DNA of 64,000 nucleotides from Mobula hypostoma. Lineage: Eukaryota. Where the stretch lies: the NCBI RefSeq assembly GCF_963921235.1, contig NC_086097.1:131132001-131196000 (forward strand), read 5' to 3'. Under the pieces are notes generated by a model, which saw only the letters and a program-made list of their open reading frames with translations, had not been told where the DNA came from and did no database searches. Positions 37,290-50,420 of the stretch are shown in pieces (positions within the stretch are counted from its first letter, which is position 1; each line of letters begins with the position of its first letter). The translations under genes were made by a program, and so were the position numbers.

Positions 37290-37562
37290 AATTTGAGGAG
37301 AGTGGGAAATGAAACCTGGTGAGGTTCACTTTGCCCTGAATGGAGGTGAATGGGCAGGTGTCGCACTTCAGCTGATTGCTGGGAAAGTGCTAGGAGGGAA
37401 ATTAACGGGGAGGGACGAACGCACAAGGGAATCACGGAGGGAGCGATCCCTGCGGAAAGTGCATTATTTTTCACAACTTCCACTATCTCCAAAGGGATCC
37501 CACCACCAAACATATCTTTACCTCCCCCCTCTCTGCTTGCCACACACCTGCCCATTCACCTC
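37290..37562. mobile_element. Rearranged internal PLE fragment
   Basis: Homologous to about 10870-11120 in both orientations; 19 bp perfect inverted repeat at 37343-37361 and 37544-37562. Confidence 0.75.
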
Positions 37563-37589
37563 TGGTTTATGATGGTAAAGTGTTTCACA

Positions 37590-37745
37590 ATGGCAACCAA
37601 GGAATTAAAAATCAAGAAACTAAACAGACTTGGATTTATTTTTTAAACCAGTCTTGGTAATTGTAAACATGAAACCACCGAATTCTGGTTCACTAATGTC
37701 CTTCAGGGAAGGATATCTGGCCATATTTGACCCCAGAGCAATCAT
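37590..37745 (+). mobile_element. DeuSINE-like (SacSINE-type) remnant
   Basis: ctggttcactaatgtccttcagggaaggatatctg Deu-domain-like core. Confidence 0.55.
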
Positions 37746-39489
37746 GTTCTTATCTGAGTTCTCAGTTCAGGGGTTGTTGGGACATCCTATGAATGAAGAA
37801 ATAAACCATGAACGCCAAGCACTTGGTCTATCTGGTACACTTACTATATGCTCACATCACTGGCATCAAGCCAGTAATATGTCTGATCAGTGTACTATTT
37901 TAAAGACTGTATCTTTAGGTTGATGAATGGCAATAGTGTTCTGGCTGAATGACTGACTTAGAGAAATTTGAGGTTGAGATTTATTGAAGTCATTGCTGTA
38001 TGAAGTCCCATTCCTATATGGTGTGGCCACGATTGGGGATTAGGTTAAAGCATAAAATGCTTAACACAGCTCACTTAGAAAGAACAATAACTAAAAAGAA
38101 AGAGGAAACTAGTTCTGCCATTTCTAGTAATAAGCATATGCATATGTATATTGGTCATTTAAATTTAATAATATTATGGGAGCTCATTTACATGTAGGGG
38201 TATCTGGAAATCGGACGTTTACAATCCAGTGATGGCATAGATGCTGTCTGACCTGCTGAGTTCCTCCAGCATTTTGTGAGTGTTGGCCCGTAGTGATTAA
38301 ACATTGCACGCAATTCACCAGGGCTGGCAATACACACACATACGCATCACCCTTGAGCCTCAATAGAAGCTGCTAGAAATCTTGCTACATTTCTGTAGAA
38401 TAATATAAAACAATTGCATTTCTATGTTGCCTTTCACATTCCTTTCAGGGTGCTTTCTAAGTCTGTCACAGTCAGTGGAACAGGAAAAAAGTGTTGGAAA
38501 TACTCAACATGTCAGACAGAAAAGAAGAGTTCTTTTGATCAAGTTCATTTCATTAGAAAGGCTGATTGACCTGCTTTTTCTCCCCCAAAATTTTCCATTT
38601 TACTTTATTTCCAGCACCTGGAGCATTTTTTCTTTTGGTTTCCAAGGAATGAAATAACTTGAGGAGAAGGCTCTGTTCAAATATATGAAGTACAACAGCC
38701 AATTTACTCACAGCAAGCCTTCACAGAAAAAGATAAAGATAAAGACAAGGTAATTTGATTTTGGTGATGTTGGTTAGGGGGTGGATAGGGGCTAGGATAC
38801 TGAGGAGAACTCTCCTGTTCTTGCTCACAATTGTAACTTGGAGTTTGTTTTTAATGTATTCACTTCGACAAATTGGCAGAGAGCCCAAGAAAACTACAGT
38901 GGTGGTCCACGTTACATGGCTCAAAGTATGACCCATCAGCCGATTTCATATTTATTCCTCTCCAATACCAATCTCACATGAAACCGTGCAACCCTTTCTT
39001 TGCTTACAAGACAATGTGGATATTTTAGCAGGCAATTTTAAAGCCTCATTCAACAGTGAACGGCTGCAACAGTACAACGCTAACACACAATACAGCACAA
39101 TCTAGACAATGTCGAAGCTGATCTATACTTTTGTGCATAATGGTATCAAAAAGAAACATATTGATGGTATTGGAGAAAATGAAAATAGAAGTATGACTAG
39201 AAAGCACATTTGTTGAAAACATTTGTGAAAGTTCAAGCATTTGGCTAAATACCCTTTGTCAAAACTTTTCTCAGAAAGGAACTGCTGTCAGTCATTTGAA
39301 GTTAAAACAAGAAATACTCAATAGTCAGGCAGTATCTAAGAAAAGAGAAACAGAATTAATGCTTTAGATTGATGACCTTTCACTCTCTTGATTGTTGTTG
39401 GACAACTGTGAGAAATTACAGATTAAAATCAATCACTAATTCGATATTAGAAATGCCACTTCAAGATGAGAGTAATATTCAAGATGACA

Positions 39490-40220
39490 GTACCGATGGA
39501 GGCATGATCAGGTCCTGAAGCCCATCGCTGAAGCCGTCAGTGCAGGAGTTGAGTGGGCGAAGCAGTCCCGACCCTCCAAGCAGACCATTGCCTTTGTCAG
39601 AGCTGGGGAGCAGCCAATACCTGCCAAAAGAACATCTGCGGGCATCCAGACCTCTGCAAGGGACTGGCAGCTGTTGGTGGCCCTCGAACGGCAGCTGAAG
39701 TTCCCCAACCATATTGCAGCCACCACCCTGCGATCAGACATTGTCCTTGTGTCTGAGTCTACTAAGCAAGTGGTGCTGCTGGAACTGATAATCTCATGGG
39801 AAGATCGCTTGGAAGAGGCCTTTGAAAGGAAGCTCTCCAAGTACACAGGGCTGGTCAGCAATTGTCGGCAGACTGGATGGAGAGCGAGGTGACTCCCTGT
39901 GGAGGTTGGTTGTAGGGGATTCGCAGCCCATTCCTTAGCCAGAGCCGTCAGCAATTTGGGCATCGAAGGAGAGAGGAAGAGGAGAGCCATCCACAGTACT
40001 ATCGATGCGGCAGAGAGGGCCTCAAGATGGCTGTGGCTCAAAAGAGGGGAGCCATGGAGTCATAAGTAGCTAGCCATCTGGACACAAGCTGGGGTCTGAT
40101 CAGCCCTGGTTGGGTCACCTGGAGGAGGGTGTATGATGTTGAAAGACCCGAAACACCCAATGATTCCAGGAACATCACTGAAGGTGTGTCTAGAGGCATC
40201 AGTAGATGTATGTACACAGC
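39490..40220 (+). mobile_element. 3' fragment of an RLE-type non-LTR retrotransposon (HERO/NeSL-like), second copy
   Basis: ORF 39674-39892 LKFPNHIAATTLRSDIVLVS..VLLELIISWE..RKLSKY; 3' UTR gatgttgaaagacc..cactga shared with 23530-23580. Confidence 0.8.
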
Positions 40221-40394
40221 TTAATAATACTCTCAACAGTTACATGAACTTATTGCATCATTCTCAAGTTCTACATTAGATTACCTCAGGCTGAAGAGGT
40301 TACTTTCAGTCTCATAGGATCGACCCTTCTTGTCTTTATTAGCTTTAAATAACCTAATACTAGGATTGGCATTGTGAGAACAATGGAAGAGCCA

Positions 40395-41527
40395 CCTTTG
40401 AATTCTTTGAGGAAATAACAAAGGAGAATTGGTGGATGTAATGTACTTGGATTTTCAAAAGATCTTTGACAAAGTGCTGTACATGAGCCTGCTTAACAAA
40501 AGCCTATGGTATTACAGGAAAGATACTAGCATGGACAGAGATTGGCTGGTTGGAAGGAGGCAAAGAGTGGGAATAAAGGGATCCATTTTTGATTGGTTGC
40601 CGGTGTCAACTGGTGCTCCACAGGAGTCAGTATTGGGACCACTTCTTTTAATGTTATTTGTCAATGATTTGGATGATGGAATTGATGACTTTGTGGCCAG
40701 ATTTGCCATTGATACGAAGATCAGTCGAGGTGCAGGTAGTGTTGAGGAAGCAGAGAGGCTGCAGAAAGACAGATTAGGAGATTGGGCAAAAAAGTGGCAG
40801 ATGGAATCCAGTATCAGGAAGTGCACAATCATGTAGGCTATTCTCTAAATGGGGAGAAAACTCAAAAATTAGAGGTGCAAAGGAACTTGAGAGTCCTTGT
40901 GCGGGATTCCCTAAATGTTAATTTGCAGATTGAGTCGGTGGTGAGGAAGGCAAATGAAATGTTAGCTTTCATTTTGACAGGACTAGAATATAAAAACAAG
41001 AATGTAATACTGGAATACTGAGGCTTTATAAGGCACTGGTGAGGCTTCATTTGAGTACTGTGAGCAGTTTTGGGCCTCTTATCTAAGTAAGGATGTGCTG
41101 ACATTGGAGATGGTTCAAAGGAGGTTCACGAAAATTACTCCGGGATTGAAAGACTTATCATATGAGGAGCATTTGATGGCTCTGGGCCTGTACTTGCTGG
41201 GACTTAGAAGAATGAGGAGAGATTTGATTGAAACTTACTGAACATTGAAAGGCTTAAATAGAGTGGATGTGGAGAAAATGTTTCCTATAGTGGGGGAGTC
41301 TAGGCTGTCCATTTAGTACAGAAATGAGGAGGAACTTCTTTAGCCAGAGAGTGGTGATCTGTGGAATTATTTGCCATAGGCAGCTGTGGAAGCAAGGTCA
41401 ATGAGTGTATTTAAAGAGGAGGTTATGGGAGAAGGCAAAAGAATGAGGTTGAGAGAGGAAAGGATCAGCCATGATCAAATGGGCCGAAGGGTTAAATGGC
41501 CTAATTGTGCTCCAATGTCTTATGGTC
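40395..41527 (+). mobile_element. 5'-truncated CR1 LINE
   Basis: ORF 40429-40836 (YLDFQKIFDKV..GAPQESVLGPLL); ends ttatggtc. Confidence 0.88.
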
Positions 41528-41939
41528 GAAAACAAATCATTGATTTGCCTGATCCATTTTCTTAGCAAGCACATTACTCATTTTGGGCTCATGATGCCAA
41601 CTCAGTCAGTAACACATGTACACATAAGTAGCACAATGAAAGGTCTCGACTTGACATATCAACTTTCCATTTCCCTCTACAGTTTCCATTTCCCTCTAGA
41701 GATGCTGCCTGGCCAAGTGAGTTCCTCCAGCACCTTGTTTGTTGCTCCAAATTCCAACATCTGCAGTCTCTAGTATCAATTCTTTTAGGGTTCCATCAGA
41801 ATTTAAATGTAAACAACCACAAAAGGAAAAATAATTAATTCAGATATTCTTAAGGTGGTGAACGTGAATAAAATCTACAATCCAGAACAATACAAGGTCC
41901 AAGTATGACCTAAGGAGGGGTATTTTAAAAAATGATAGA

Positions 41940-43205
41940 ACAATTCTGACTGAACAGAAGAATAAAACCACACCTCTGCAAACCCCTGCAGCATCTGGTG
42001 ACCCCGTGACTTCTGTGCCGGAGGCTGACGTCAGAACATATTTCAAGAGAGTGAACCCTCACAAGTCATTGGGCCCTGGTGGTGTACCTGGTGGGGCTCT
42101 GAAGACCTGTGCCAACCAGCTGGCAGCAGTGTTCAAGGACATCTTCAATCTCTCACTGCTGCAGTCGGAGGTCCCCACCTGCTTCAAAGGGGCAACAATC
42201 ATACCAGTGCCCAAGAAGAGCAGAGTGAGTGGCCTCAATGACTATCACCCAGTAGCGCTCACACTTACTATGATGAAGTGCTTTCGGAGGTTGGTCATGG
42301 CTAGAATCAACTCCTCCCTAAACAAGGACCTGGACCCACTGTGATTTTCCTGCCACCACAACAGGTCCCCAGTGGATGCAATCTCACTGGCTCTCCACTC
42401 GGCCTTGGATCACATGGACAATAGTAATACCTATGCCAGGCTGCTTTTTATTGATTACAGCTCAACATTCAACACAATCAAACCCCCAGTTCTAAGCAAC
42501 AAGCTCCAATTCCTGGGTTTCCGTACCTCCCTCTGCAACTCGATCCTTCACTTCCTCACTGGCAGACTTCAGCCTGTGTGGATTGGAAATAACATTTCTT
42601 CCTTGCTAAGGATGAACGCTGGTGCACCACACGGATGCATGCTTAGCCCACTGCTCTACTTTCTCTACTCTCATGACTGTGTGGCTAGGGACAGCTCAGC
42701 TGCCACTGATAAATCTGCCAACAACACAACTAGAGCATTCTAACTGGTTGCATCACTGTCTGATAAGGAGAGGGTAACTGCACAGGATCATAAAGAGCTC
42801 GAGTAAGTTGTAAACTCAGTCAGTTCCAGGAGGGGCATTAGCCTCCCCAGCATTGAGTACACCTTCAAAAGGCAATGCCTCAAAAAGGTGGCATCCATCA
42901 TTAAAAAACCCCATCACCCAGGACTTGCCCTCTTCTCATCCTTACCATCAAGAAGAAGGTATGGAAGCCTAAAGACACACTCAACATTTCAGGAACAGTT
43001 TCTTCCCCTCCCTTCTTCCCCTTCTGAAAGGACAATTTATCCATGAACACTACCTCACTATCTTTTTCTCTCTTTTTGCACTACTTATTTAATTTAACTA
43101 CTTCTTAATGTAATTTATAGTTTTTTTAAATTATGTATTGTAATGTACTGCTGCTGCAAAGCAAAACATTTCACGACATTAACCCTGATTCTGATTCTGA
43201 TTCAA
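41940..43205 (+). mobile_element. Rex1/Babar-like LINE fragment
   Basis: ORFs 42006-42344 (LKTCANQLAAVFKDIFNLSL..IIPVPKK..LNDYHPVALT) and 42372-42743 (ARLLFIDYSSTFNTI..GAPHGCMLSPLLY); (GATTCT)n tail. Confidence 0.85.
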
Positions 43206-43484
43206 TAGGCATGGCACATAAAATTGGGAAGAGATTTTTAAGACTCTTAAAAAAGATGCCATTATATGACAACTCAACAAGACCATCCAGCAGGATTGTG
43301 GTCCATAATCACGTGATTCCAAGTGTTGCCAATTAATCCATTTCTCATTTATTCCTCTCCAACACTAAACCCTCATGAAACCTCACAGCCCTCTCATTGC
43401 GCAGAAGGCAATGTCAATATTTTAGCAGGCACGTTTACAAACTGCAACTTATGACTGACTCACTTACCCAAAGCATTTTTTTTC

Positions 43485-43760
43485 TTTTATTGATTCAAGT
43501 GCTTTTACTGCCCACCTCTAATTGCCCTTGAACTGAAAGTTGATTAGGTCATTTCAAACAGCAATTAACAGTTAACTCTAATGCTTTGAGACCGAGTCAC
43601 AAATGGGCCAGATGAGGTAGGGAGAGCAGATTTCGTTTCTTAAAAGAGTTTTATGATAATGTGATAGCTTCATGCTCATATTATGTTTTTATTGATTAAT
43701 TGAATTAAAATCTCATGGTAGGGTTTGAACTCGTGTCATCTGGTCATTAGTCCAAGACAT
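43485..43760 (-). mobile_element. DeuSINE-like remnant
   Basis: ctaattgcccttgaactg tail, gcagatttcgtttcttaaaag core and gggtttgaactc B-box-like motif read in reverse. Confidence 0.5.
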
Positions 43761-43924
43761 GCTTCCAAAGGTCTTCAATCATTGCATTATAATATTTATC
43801 TGAATGATCGTGGTTATAGTCCAGTACATTAGGTGGTCTACGATAGCGCAAAAGCTGAAGTTTCAAATTCTACTAAATCTACTAAATCTAAAGTGGCAGA
43901 TTTTAGCACTGCCATCTAGATTGG

Positions 43925-44435
43925 CCTCAACAAACAGTTTGCTGGATAAATTCAGTGGCTTGAGCAGCATCTGTGGGAGGAAAAGAATTACTCATGTTTT
44001 GAGTCAAAACCCTGCAAAGTGGACTCAGAGTAGATGGCTAGATTGAGGGGGAGTGGTGAGAAAGGAGCCTGAGGTAATTAGTGGACTGACAATGGGTGCA
44101 AGATGACAAGCAGGTAGTGTAAGGTAGCAAGGATGGAATTGAGTTTCAATCTGAAATCTTTTCCTTTCACAGATTCTGGTTGACCCGTTGAGTTCCTCTA
44201 GCAGATTGTTTATTGGTCCAGATTCCAGCATCTGTATTCTCTTGCGTTGTCAGTCGTGATTTACTCATGCAGAACAGTGGAAGTGTGTCGTACTGCTGCA
44301 GCTGCTACCCAGTGCAGTATTTTGACCTGAGACATTATTATTTCTTTGCCCACCCCTGAATGCTGCTTGATACACTGAGTTCCTCCTGCAGATGGTTTGT
44401 TGATCCAGATTCAGTCATTTGCAATCTCTTGTATC
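43925..44435. mobile_element. Degenerate PLE-derived fold-back plus an extra 3' unit
   Basis: tgctggataaattcagtggcttgagcagcatctgtgggagg versus cctttcacagattctggttgacccgttgagttcctctagca; second tail at 44350-44435. Confidence 0.6.
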
Positions 44436-47014
44436 TCCAACCTGAAGTCAAAATGACTCCTGTGGTTCGGAGAAAGCAACTGTGTGATAACTTGAGAAGA
44501 ATAACACCAGAATTCAGTGAGGAAAGTTAGAACTCTTGTGATTTCTATGTCATTACCTGCCTGACATGTCTTGAGTTCATTGGGTGCTGTTGAAAGCTGA
44601 GAAGCAAGGGGCAAAAGAAAAGAAATAATGTTGACTCCCACTCTGCTCTTATGTGTAAGAATTTGATATTGAGACTAAGTGTTGGTTATGATCATATTGA
44701 ATGATGGAATGGGTTCAACATGTTACTCCTGCTCTAATGTTTTGCATTTCTGAGTAAACGCAGCTCTCAATTTGACCCACTCTTTGCTATTTCCTGATTG
44801 ACAAAATGGATAGCATCTCTTGATGTAGAGAGAACTGTGAATGGCCAATCGTTCAACATATTGTATAGATTTACAACCTCCACCTGCAAGAAATTTATCT
44901 CATTCCTGAGCAGCTGATCTATTATCCTGAGACAGTGCCCCTTATTTCTCTCCCTAAGACTCCCTCAAACTTTCCAAACTTCTGAACATCTACGCTGACT
45001 ATCACTTCTAGAATCCTAGGTGGGTTTGCATGGTGATTCTTGCAGTTAATCACATGGTTTTCCAAAAGTCCCATGCTACTGTGAAGTCTGAAGAGTTAAT
45101 TTCCCACCATTATTGGAAGGTTGGTATGTTAGGATCTGTAGATATTTCTGGCAGTTCTGGTAGATATTTCTGGTAGATATTTGAGCCATCTCACTCTGAC
45201 ACCTGGCATTCCTCCACTACCACAGAATAGTTGTATTCGGGCACTTCAAAATCAGCTTGAATTGGCTTACAAGCTACTACAGGACCTTTCATTTAGATAC
45301 TCTGACACTCACTAAGCTCCTGTGCAAGTCTGGATTGCAAGAGGCCTTTATTTCAGCCCTTCCTGTTCTGGCTGAAAACTTGGAAATGTTTCAGTTAATG
45401 TCAACTTTCTGGTGAGTTTACACACAAATCGAGCATTTAGAACCCATACAAGTATATTCCTCGAACAAACTTTAAAAATAGATCGGTTCCCTTTTGAGCA
45501 TATTCAACAACCGTGATTTATTGCAAAAACCGGTAAATAACAAGACATGGCCAAACACCCCGTGACTATAAGAGGTTCATTATGCAAATGCATGCTCCAT
45601 ATGAGCAAGGAGATTGATTCAACCCTCCCCTAAGCATACTAGGCAACTGCTGCACATTTCAGTTTAATGGGTTGTATTATTGTTAAAAAGCTACAATGTA
45701 CTTGAAGAAAGCTCACTTTGGGTGTCTAAATTACTACCAAACCATTGCTCAGTGTTTCACTGGGGCAGATTGGAATACAATCCATATTTTCAAATTTCTT
45801 CCTGTGTTTATTCCACTTGGGAACCAGAAAATAGTCCCTTTGATATTCCCTTTGGTAATCTGGAAACAAACAGAAGAAAGGCTGTGGGTAGGTAACCTGA
45901 TGTCTGTGCATATGGAAGAAATAGAAACCGTAGAGATCCATCTGATGATATCAAGGACAATTCTGTGGTTCATATCCATTTTAAACCAAATCACTACTTC
46001 CCTTCATTCCTTTATTAAACACATCCATGAATAAAACACAATTACTGAGCATCCGCAGCTCTCTTGAGATTGACCATATGGATTTAAAATATCTCAAATT
46101 AATAAATTCACTCATATCTCACCATAAATGGCTGATCTTTTATTTTGAAACTATGCTCCTTAATTAAAGACTGGAGAACTAACTTATCAGTTTATTGCAG
46201 TTATTATGTGGCATTCCTAACCTCCCTTCATACAGCAACACCTTTACCTCAGATCTAGTCTAGAGGCTTGGTGTGTGCGGCCACTTGTGTGAGAGAGTTT
46301 CTCTGCTGCTTTTTCACTCTTTCTTTGAACTAGAGGAGGCAGTGGCTTACAGCAGTTACAGGCAACTATACCTGAATCCAAGGATATCATGCCTAATGCC
46401 ATAACCAATTCACACATTGCAGAGCTGATGTTAACAGGGAGCAGACGAAGGTATGAAAGAAGCAACAACCCCATGGGCATTGACAGATTCATTGAAAAGA
46501 GGATACCCGAAGTTTTTTTTCAGATATATAAAGAGCAAAAGAGGGGCAAGAGTGGACATTAGATTGCTAGCAAATGGCGCTGGAGAGGTAGCAATGGGGG
46601 ATGAAGAAATAGCGAATGAACAGAGTAAGTATTTTGCGTCAGTGTTCAGTGTGGAAGACACCAGCAGCATGCCAGAGATTTCAGTGTCAGGGGGCAGAAG
46701 TAAGTGTAACTGCTATGAATAAGGAGAAGATGCTTGGGAAGATGAAAGTTCTGAAGGCTGCTAAGTCACCTGGACCAGGTGAATTATACCTCATGGTTCT
46801 GAAAGAGGTAGCTAAAGAGACTGTGGAAGCATTAGCAGTGATCTTTCAAGAATCAATAAATTCTCGAATGTTTCTAGAGGACTGGAGAATTGTAAATATC
46901 ACTGTACTCTTTAAGAAGGAAGGGAGATAAAAGACAGGAAATGATAGGGCAGTTAGGCTGAATTCAATGGTTTGTAAATTGTCAGAGTTCATATTAAGGA
47001 TGATCTTTTGGGGT

Positions 47015-48160
47015 AGTGCATTGCTTGATCCAGTTCAAACTGAGTAATGAAGTTTGCTGATGACACAACAGTGGATGGCCTCATCAACAATGAAGATGAA
47101 ACAGCATACTGTGAGGAGGTACAGCGGCTGGTAAAGATTGCGAGCACAGCACCTTGAGTGTCAACATGGACAAGATCAAAGAGATGATTGTGGACTTTAA
47201 GAAGGTGCAGCCTATCCACTCCCTCACTACAGACACACAGCTCCTCCACTGACAAAGTTAGGAGCTTCAAGTTCCAGTCTGTCTCCTCCTTCGAGAACAC
47301 ACGCAGGGCTGGCATTGAGGACAAAAGGAGAAGGAGGAAGAACCGTGACACGGCAGCACCAAACCCAGAACAGAATTTGCCTTGCAACCGCTGTGGCTGG
47401 ACCTGCCTGTCCCGTATTGGCCTCGTCAGCCACCAGCGAGCCTGCAGCAGACGTGGGCAGCCCCCCTCCTAAATCTTCATTCGCGAAGCCAAGCCATGAT
47501 GATGATGACAGGTCAGACGATCTCACCTGGTCCCTCAACACTACCTCTTTGGTCAAGAAAACACAGCTGCATCTCTACATCCGGGAGGTGGAAGTGAATG
47601 AGAACCCCCCCCGCCACCAATTTTTACAGGAGCACCATGGAGAGTGTCCTAACCAGCTACATCACCATCTGATACGAGAATTGTAAGACATCTGACCGTG
47701 TCCCTGCAAAGGATTGTGAGGACTGCCAAGAGGATCACTGGGTTATTTTTTCCACCCATTACAGATCGGTATCAGGAGTGCTGCATACCCAGGGTCCTTT
47801 GCATTGTCAGTGATCCCTCTAATAATCTATTTGACCCCCAGGAGGCAGGAGGGACTGTCGCATTAGGACAAAAACTATGGGAAAAAGCTTTATCCCCAGG
47901 CCTCCCTGCCACCACCCAGGTCTCATCATGTATGAAGCACCAGTAGAATTATACCATTTGCTTTTGTGTCATATATGTGTCATATATTTGTGTCATATAT
48001 TCACCTTATTATTTGTTAATTTATTTGTGGTAATATTACTTTATGTGTTATATGTGCGTTATACAGACTGTATTGTGCACCTTGGTTCGGAGGAAAGTTA
48101 TCTCATTTGGCGGTAAACTTTGTGTACAGTTGAATGGCAACAAAACTGGAACTTGAAATT
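47015..48160 (+). mobile_element. Rex1/Babar-like LINE 3' fragment nested in CR1
   Basis: aagtttgctgatgacacaaca (KFADDTT), gagatgattgtggacttt (EMIVDF), LQRIVRTAKRITG; AT-rich 3' UTR. Confidence 0.75.
47275..47508 (+). mobile_element. RTE-clade LINE 3' tip nested in the Rex-like LINE
   Basis: C-terminal zinc finger CNRCGWTCLSRIGLVSHQRAC, stop at 47472, short UTR and (ATG)n tail. Confidence 0.75.
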
Positions 48161-50229
48161 GTACTTCAAGGCACATGATAAAATAGCCGAAGTCAGCACA
48201 GTTTCCTTAAGTGGAAATCTTACCTGACAAAACTGTTGGAATTTTTTGAGGAACAGGCGGGAAAGACAATGGAGAGTCAGTGGATGACCTTTACTTGGAT
48301 TTTCATAAGGCTTTTGACAATGTGCCACACATGAGGTTGCTAAACAAGATAAGAACATTTGTAATGATAGATATTAGCATGGATAGAAGATTGGCTGGCT
48401 GGCAGGAAACAAAGAATGGGAATAAAGGGAGCCTTTTCTGGTTGGCTGTTACTGACTGGTGGTGTTCTGCAGGGGTCAGTGTTAGGTCTAATACTTTTCA
48501 CATTATATATTAATAACAGAATTGATAGCTCTGTAGCCAAGTTTGCAGATGATGTGAAGATAGGTGGAGCAACAGGTAGTGTTGAGGAAGCAGGGAGTCT
48601 ATAGAAGGACTTGAATAGATTAAGACAATGGGCAAAGAAGTGGCAGATGTAATACAGTGCAGGGAAGTGTATAGTCATGCACTTTGGTAGAAGAAATAAA
48701 AGCCTAGACTATTTTCTAAATAGGGTGGGGATGATTTCAGAAATCAGATATGCAAAGGGACTTGGGAGCCTTGGTGCAAAATCCCTAAAAGGTTAACTTG
48801 CAGGTTTAGTCGATATTAAAGAAGGCAAATGTAATGTCAGCATTCATTTCAAAAGGACAAGGATATAATGTTGAAACTTCATACAGCATTGATCAGACCA
48901 CATATGGAGTATAGCAAGCAGTTTTGCTGCTCCAGTCTATCAATGGGTGCGCTGACATTGGAGAGGATCTAGCAGATGAAGAGAATGATCCAGGGAATGA
49001 ACGGTTAATGTGTGAGGAGCATTTGATAGTCCGGGCCTGTACTTGCTGGAGTCTAGAAGAATGATGGGGAATCTAATTGAAACCTACTGATTATACAAAG
49101 GCCTAGGTAATGTGGACGTGGAGACCATGTTTTGAATAGTGGAGGAGTCTAAGATCAGAGGGCGTAAACTCAGAACTGAAGTACGTCCCTTTGGAACAGA
49201 GATGAGGAGAAAGTTCTCCATCCAGAGGGTGACAGATCAGTGGAGTTCTTTGCCACACATATCTATGGAGGCTAAGTCATTGGGTATAGTTAAAGCAAAA
49301 GTTGATAGTTTCTGGATTAGTAAGGATATCAAAAGTTATGGGGAGAAGAATGGAGTTGAGAGGGAAAAATGAATCAGCCATAACTGATTGATGGAGCAGA
49401 ATTAAGCTGAATGGCCTAACTCTACTCTCATGCCTCATGGTCTTATGGAGTGCGGCAGGTCTGTGTTAGAATATTGACGACTAACTCTTTCACAACAGCT
49501 CAGATCTATTGAAATCAGTGGTGCGTGGAAGGCTGCATGGGCACCACATTGCTTGGAGTAAACAAACTGAGAGAAGATGGAGGAGGGGAGGCTAGGGTAT
49601 TGCACAGGGAGGAATGTCGTCCTGAATTTGGGTAAACATAGGTTCTTTTGGGAAGCCTAGATTAGGAGCCCAATGCTAATCGTAGTTTGCAAAGGATTAA
49701 CAGGGCAGATCTCTAGAAATTCCTGCATCGGCCTTCTACTGTTAAGGTTAAATTGGTCTGCTATTCACTTTTAGCTCATTAAATTCCAGCCGACCATTTG
49801 CAGCCTCCTGGCAGAGGCTGGATTTATGTACAGTAAAATTTAAGAAATTGGAATGAGGTTGCTTATCCTGATAGTTTAAATCATTAAACCTTTGTGTTCT
49901 GTGGACTATACTTGATATCTTTGGCAGCACTTCCTGACACGAGTTATCCCCCTCTGCCAAGAAAAATGCCAGTGCAGGAAGAAACGTCACCTTTTCTGCA
50001 CAGAGCGCTGTCAATCGAAATAGCAGAGATGTTTCTGTAAAATCAGAGCTCCCTCTTCTTGTTGTGAGGTAGTACTCAGCTTGTGTGTGACTGCTTCCCT
50101 CTGTCCCGATGCCTTTACCGCAGCTGAAGAACAAACAGGAACATCTTATCACAGCTGCCCCTTCATCACTGAGAGCAATTTTGGGGTTCACTCCTGACTA
50201 GTAATGTAACTAACAGAACAGTGAATCCA

Positions 50230-50420
50230 TTGGAGACACAAAAGACTGAAGATGCTAGAATCTGGAGCAACATATAATGGGAGAACCCTGAGTCAGGAGG
50301 GAATTGGACAGTTGATGTTTTGGGTTCAAATGAAGGAGCTCATCCTGAGAAAGACAATTGACTGTCCATTTCCCCTATAGATGCTGCCTGAATGGCTGGG
50401 TTGCTCGGGCAGTTTGTTTT
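50230..50420. mobile_element. Degenerate PLE-derived fold-back
   Basis: gactgaagatgctagaatctggagcaa..ggacagttgatgtttt versus ttgactgtccatttcccctatagatgctgcctg. Confidence 0.55.

Larger units (their letters stand above)
46495..49450 (+). mobile_element. CR1 LINE (linker, RT, 3' end) interrupted by a Rex-like LINE
   Basis: FFRYIKSKR, KSPGPGELY..VLKE, YLDFHKAFDNVPH, GVLQGSVLG..KFADD; ends catggtcttatgg. Confidence 0.88.
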
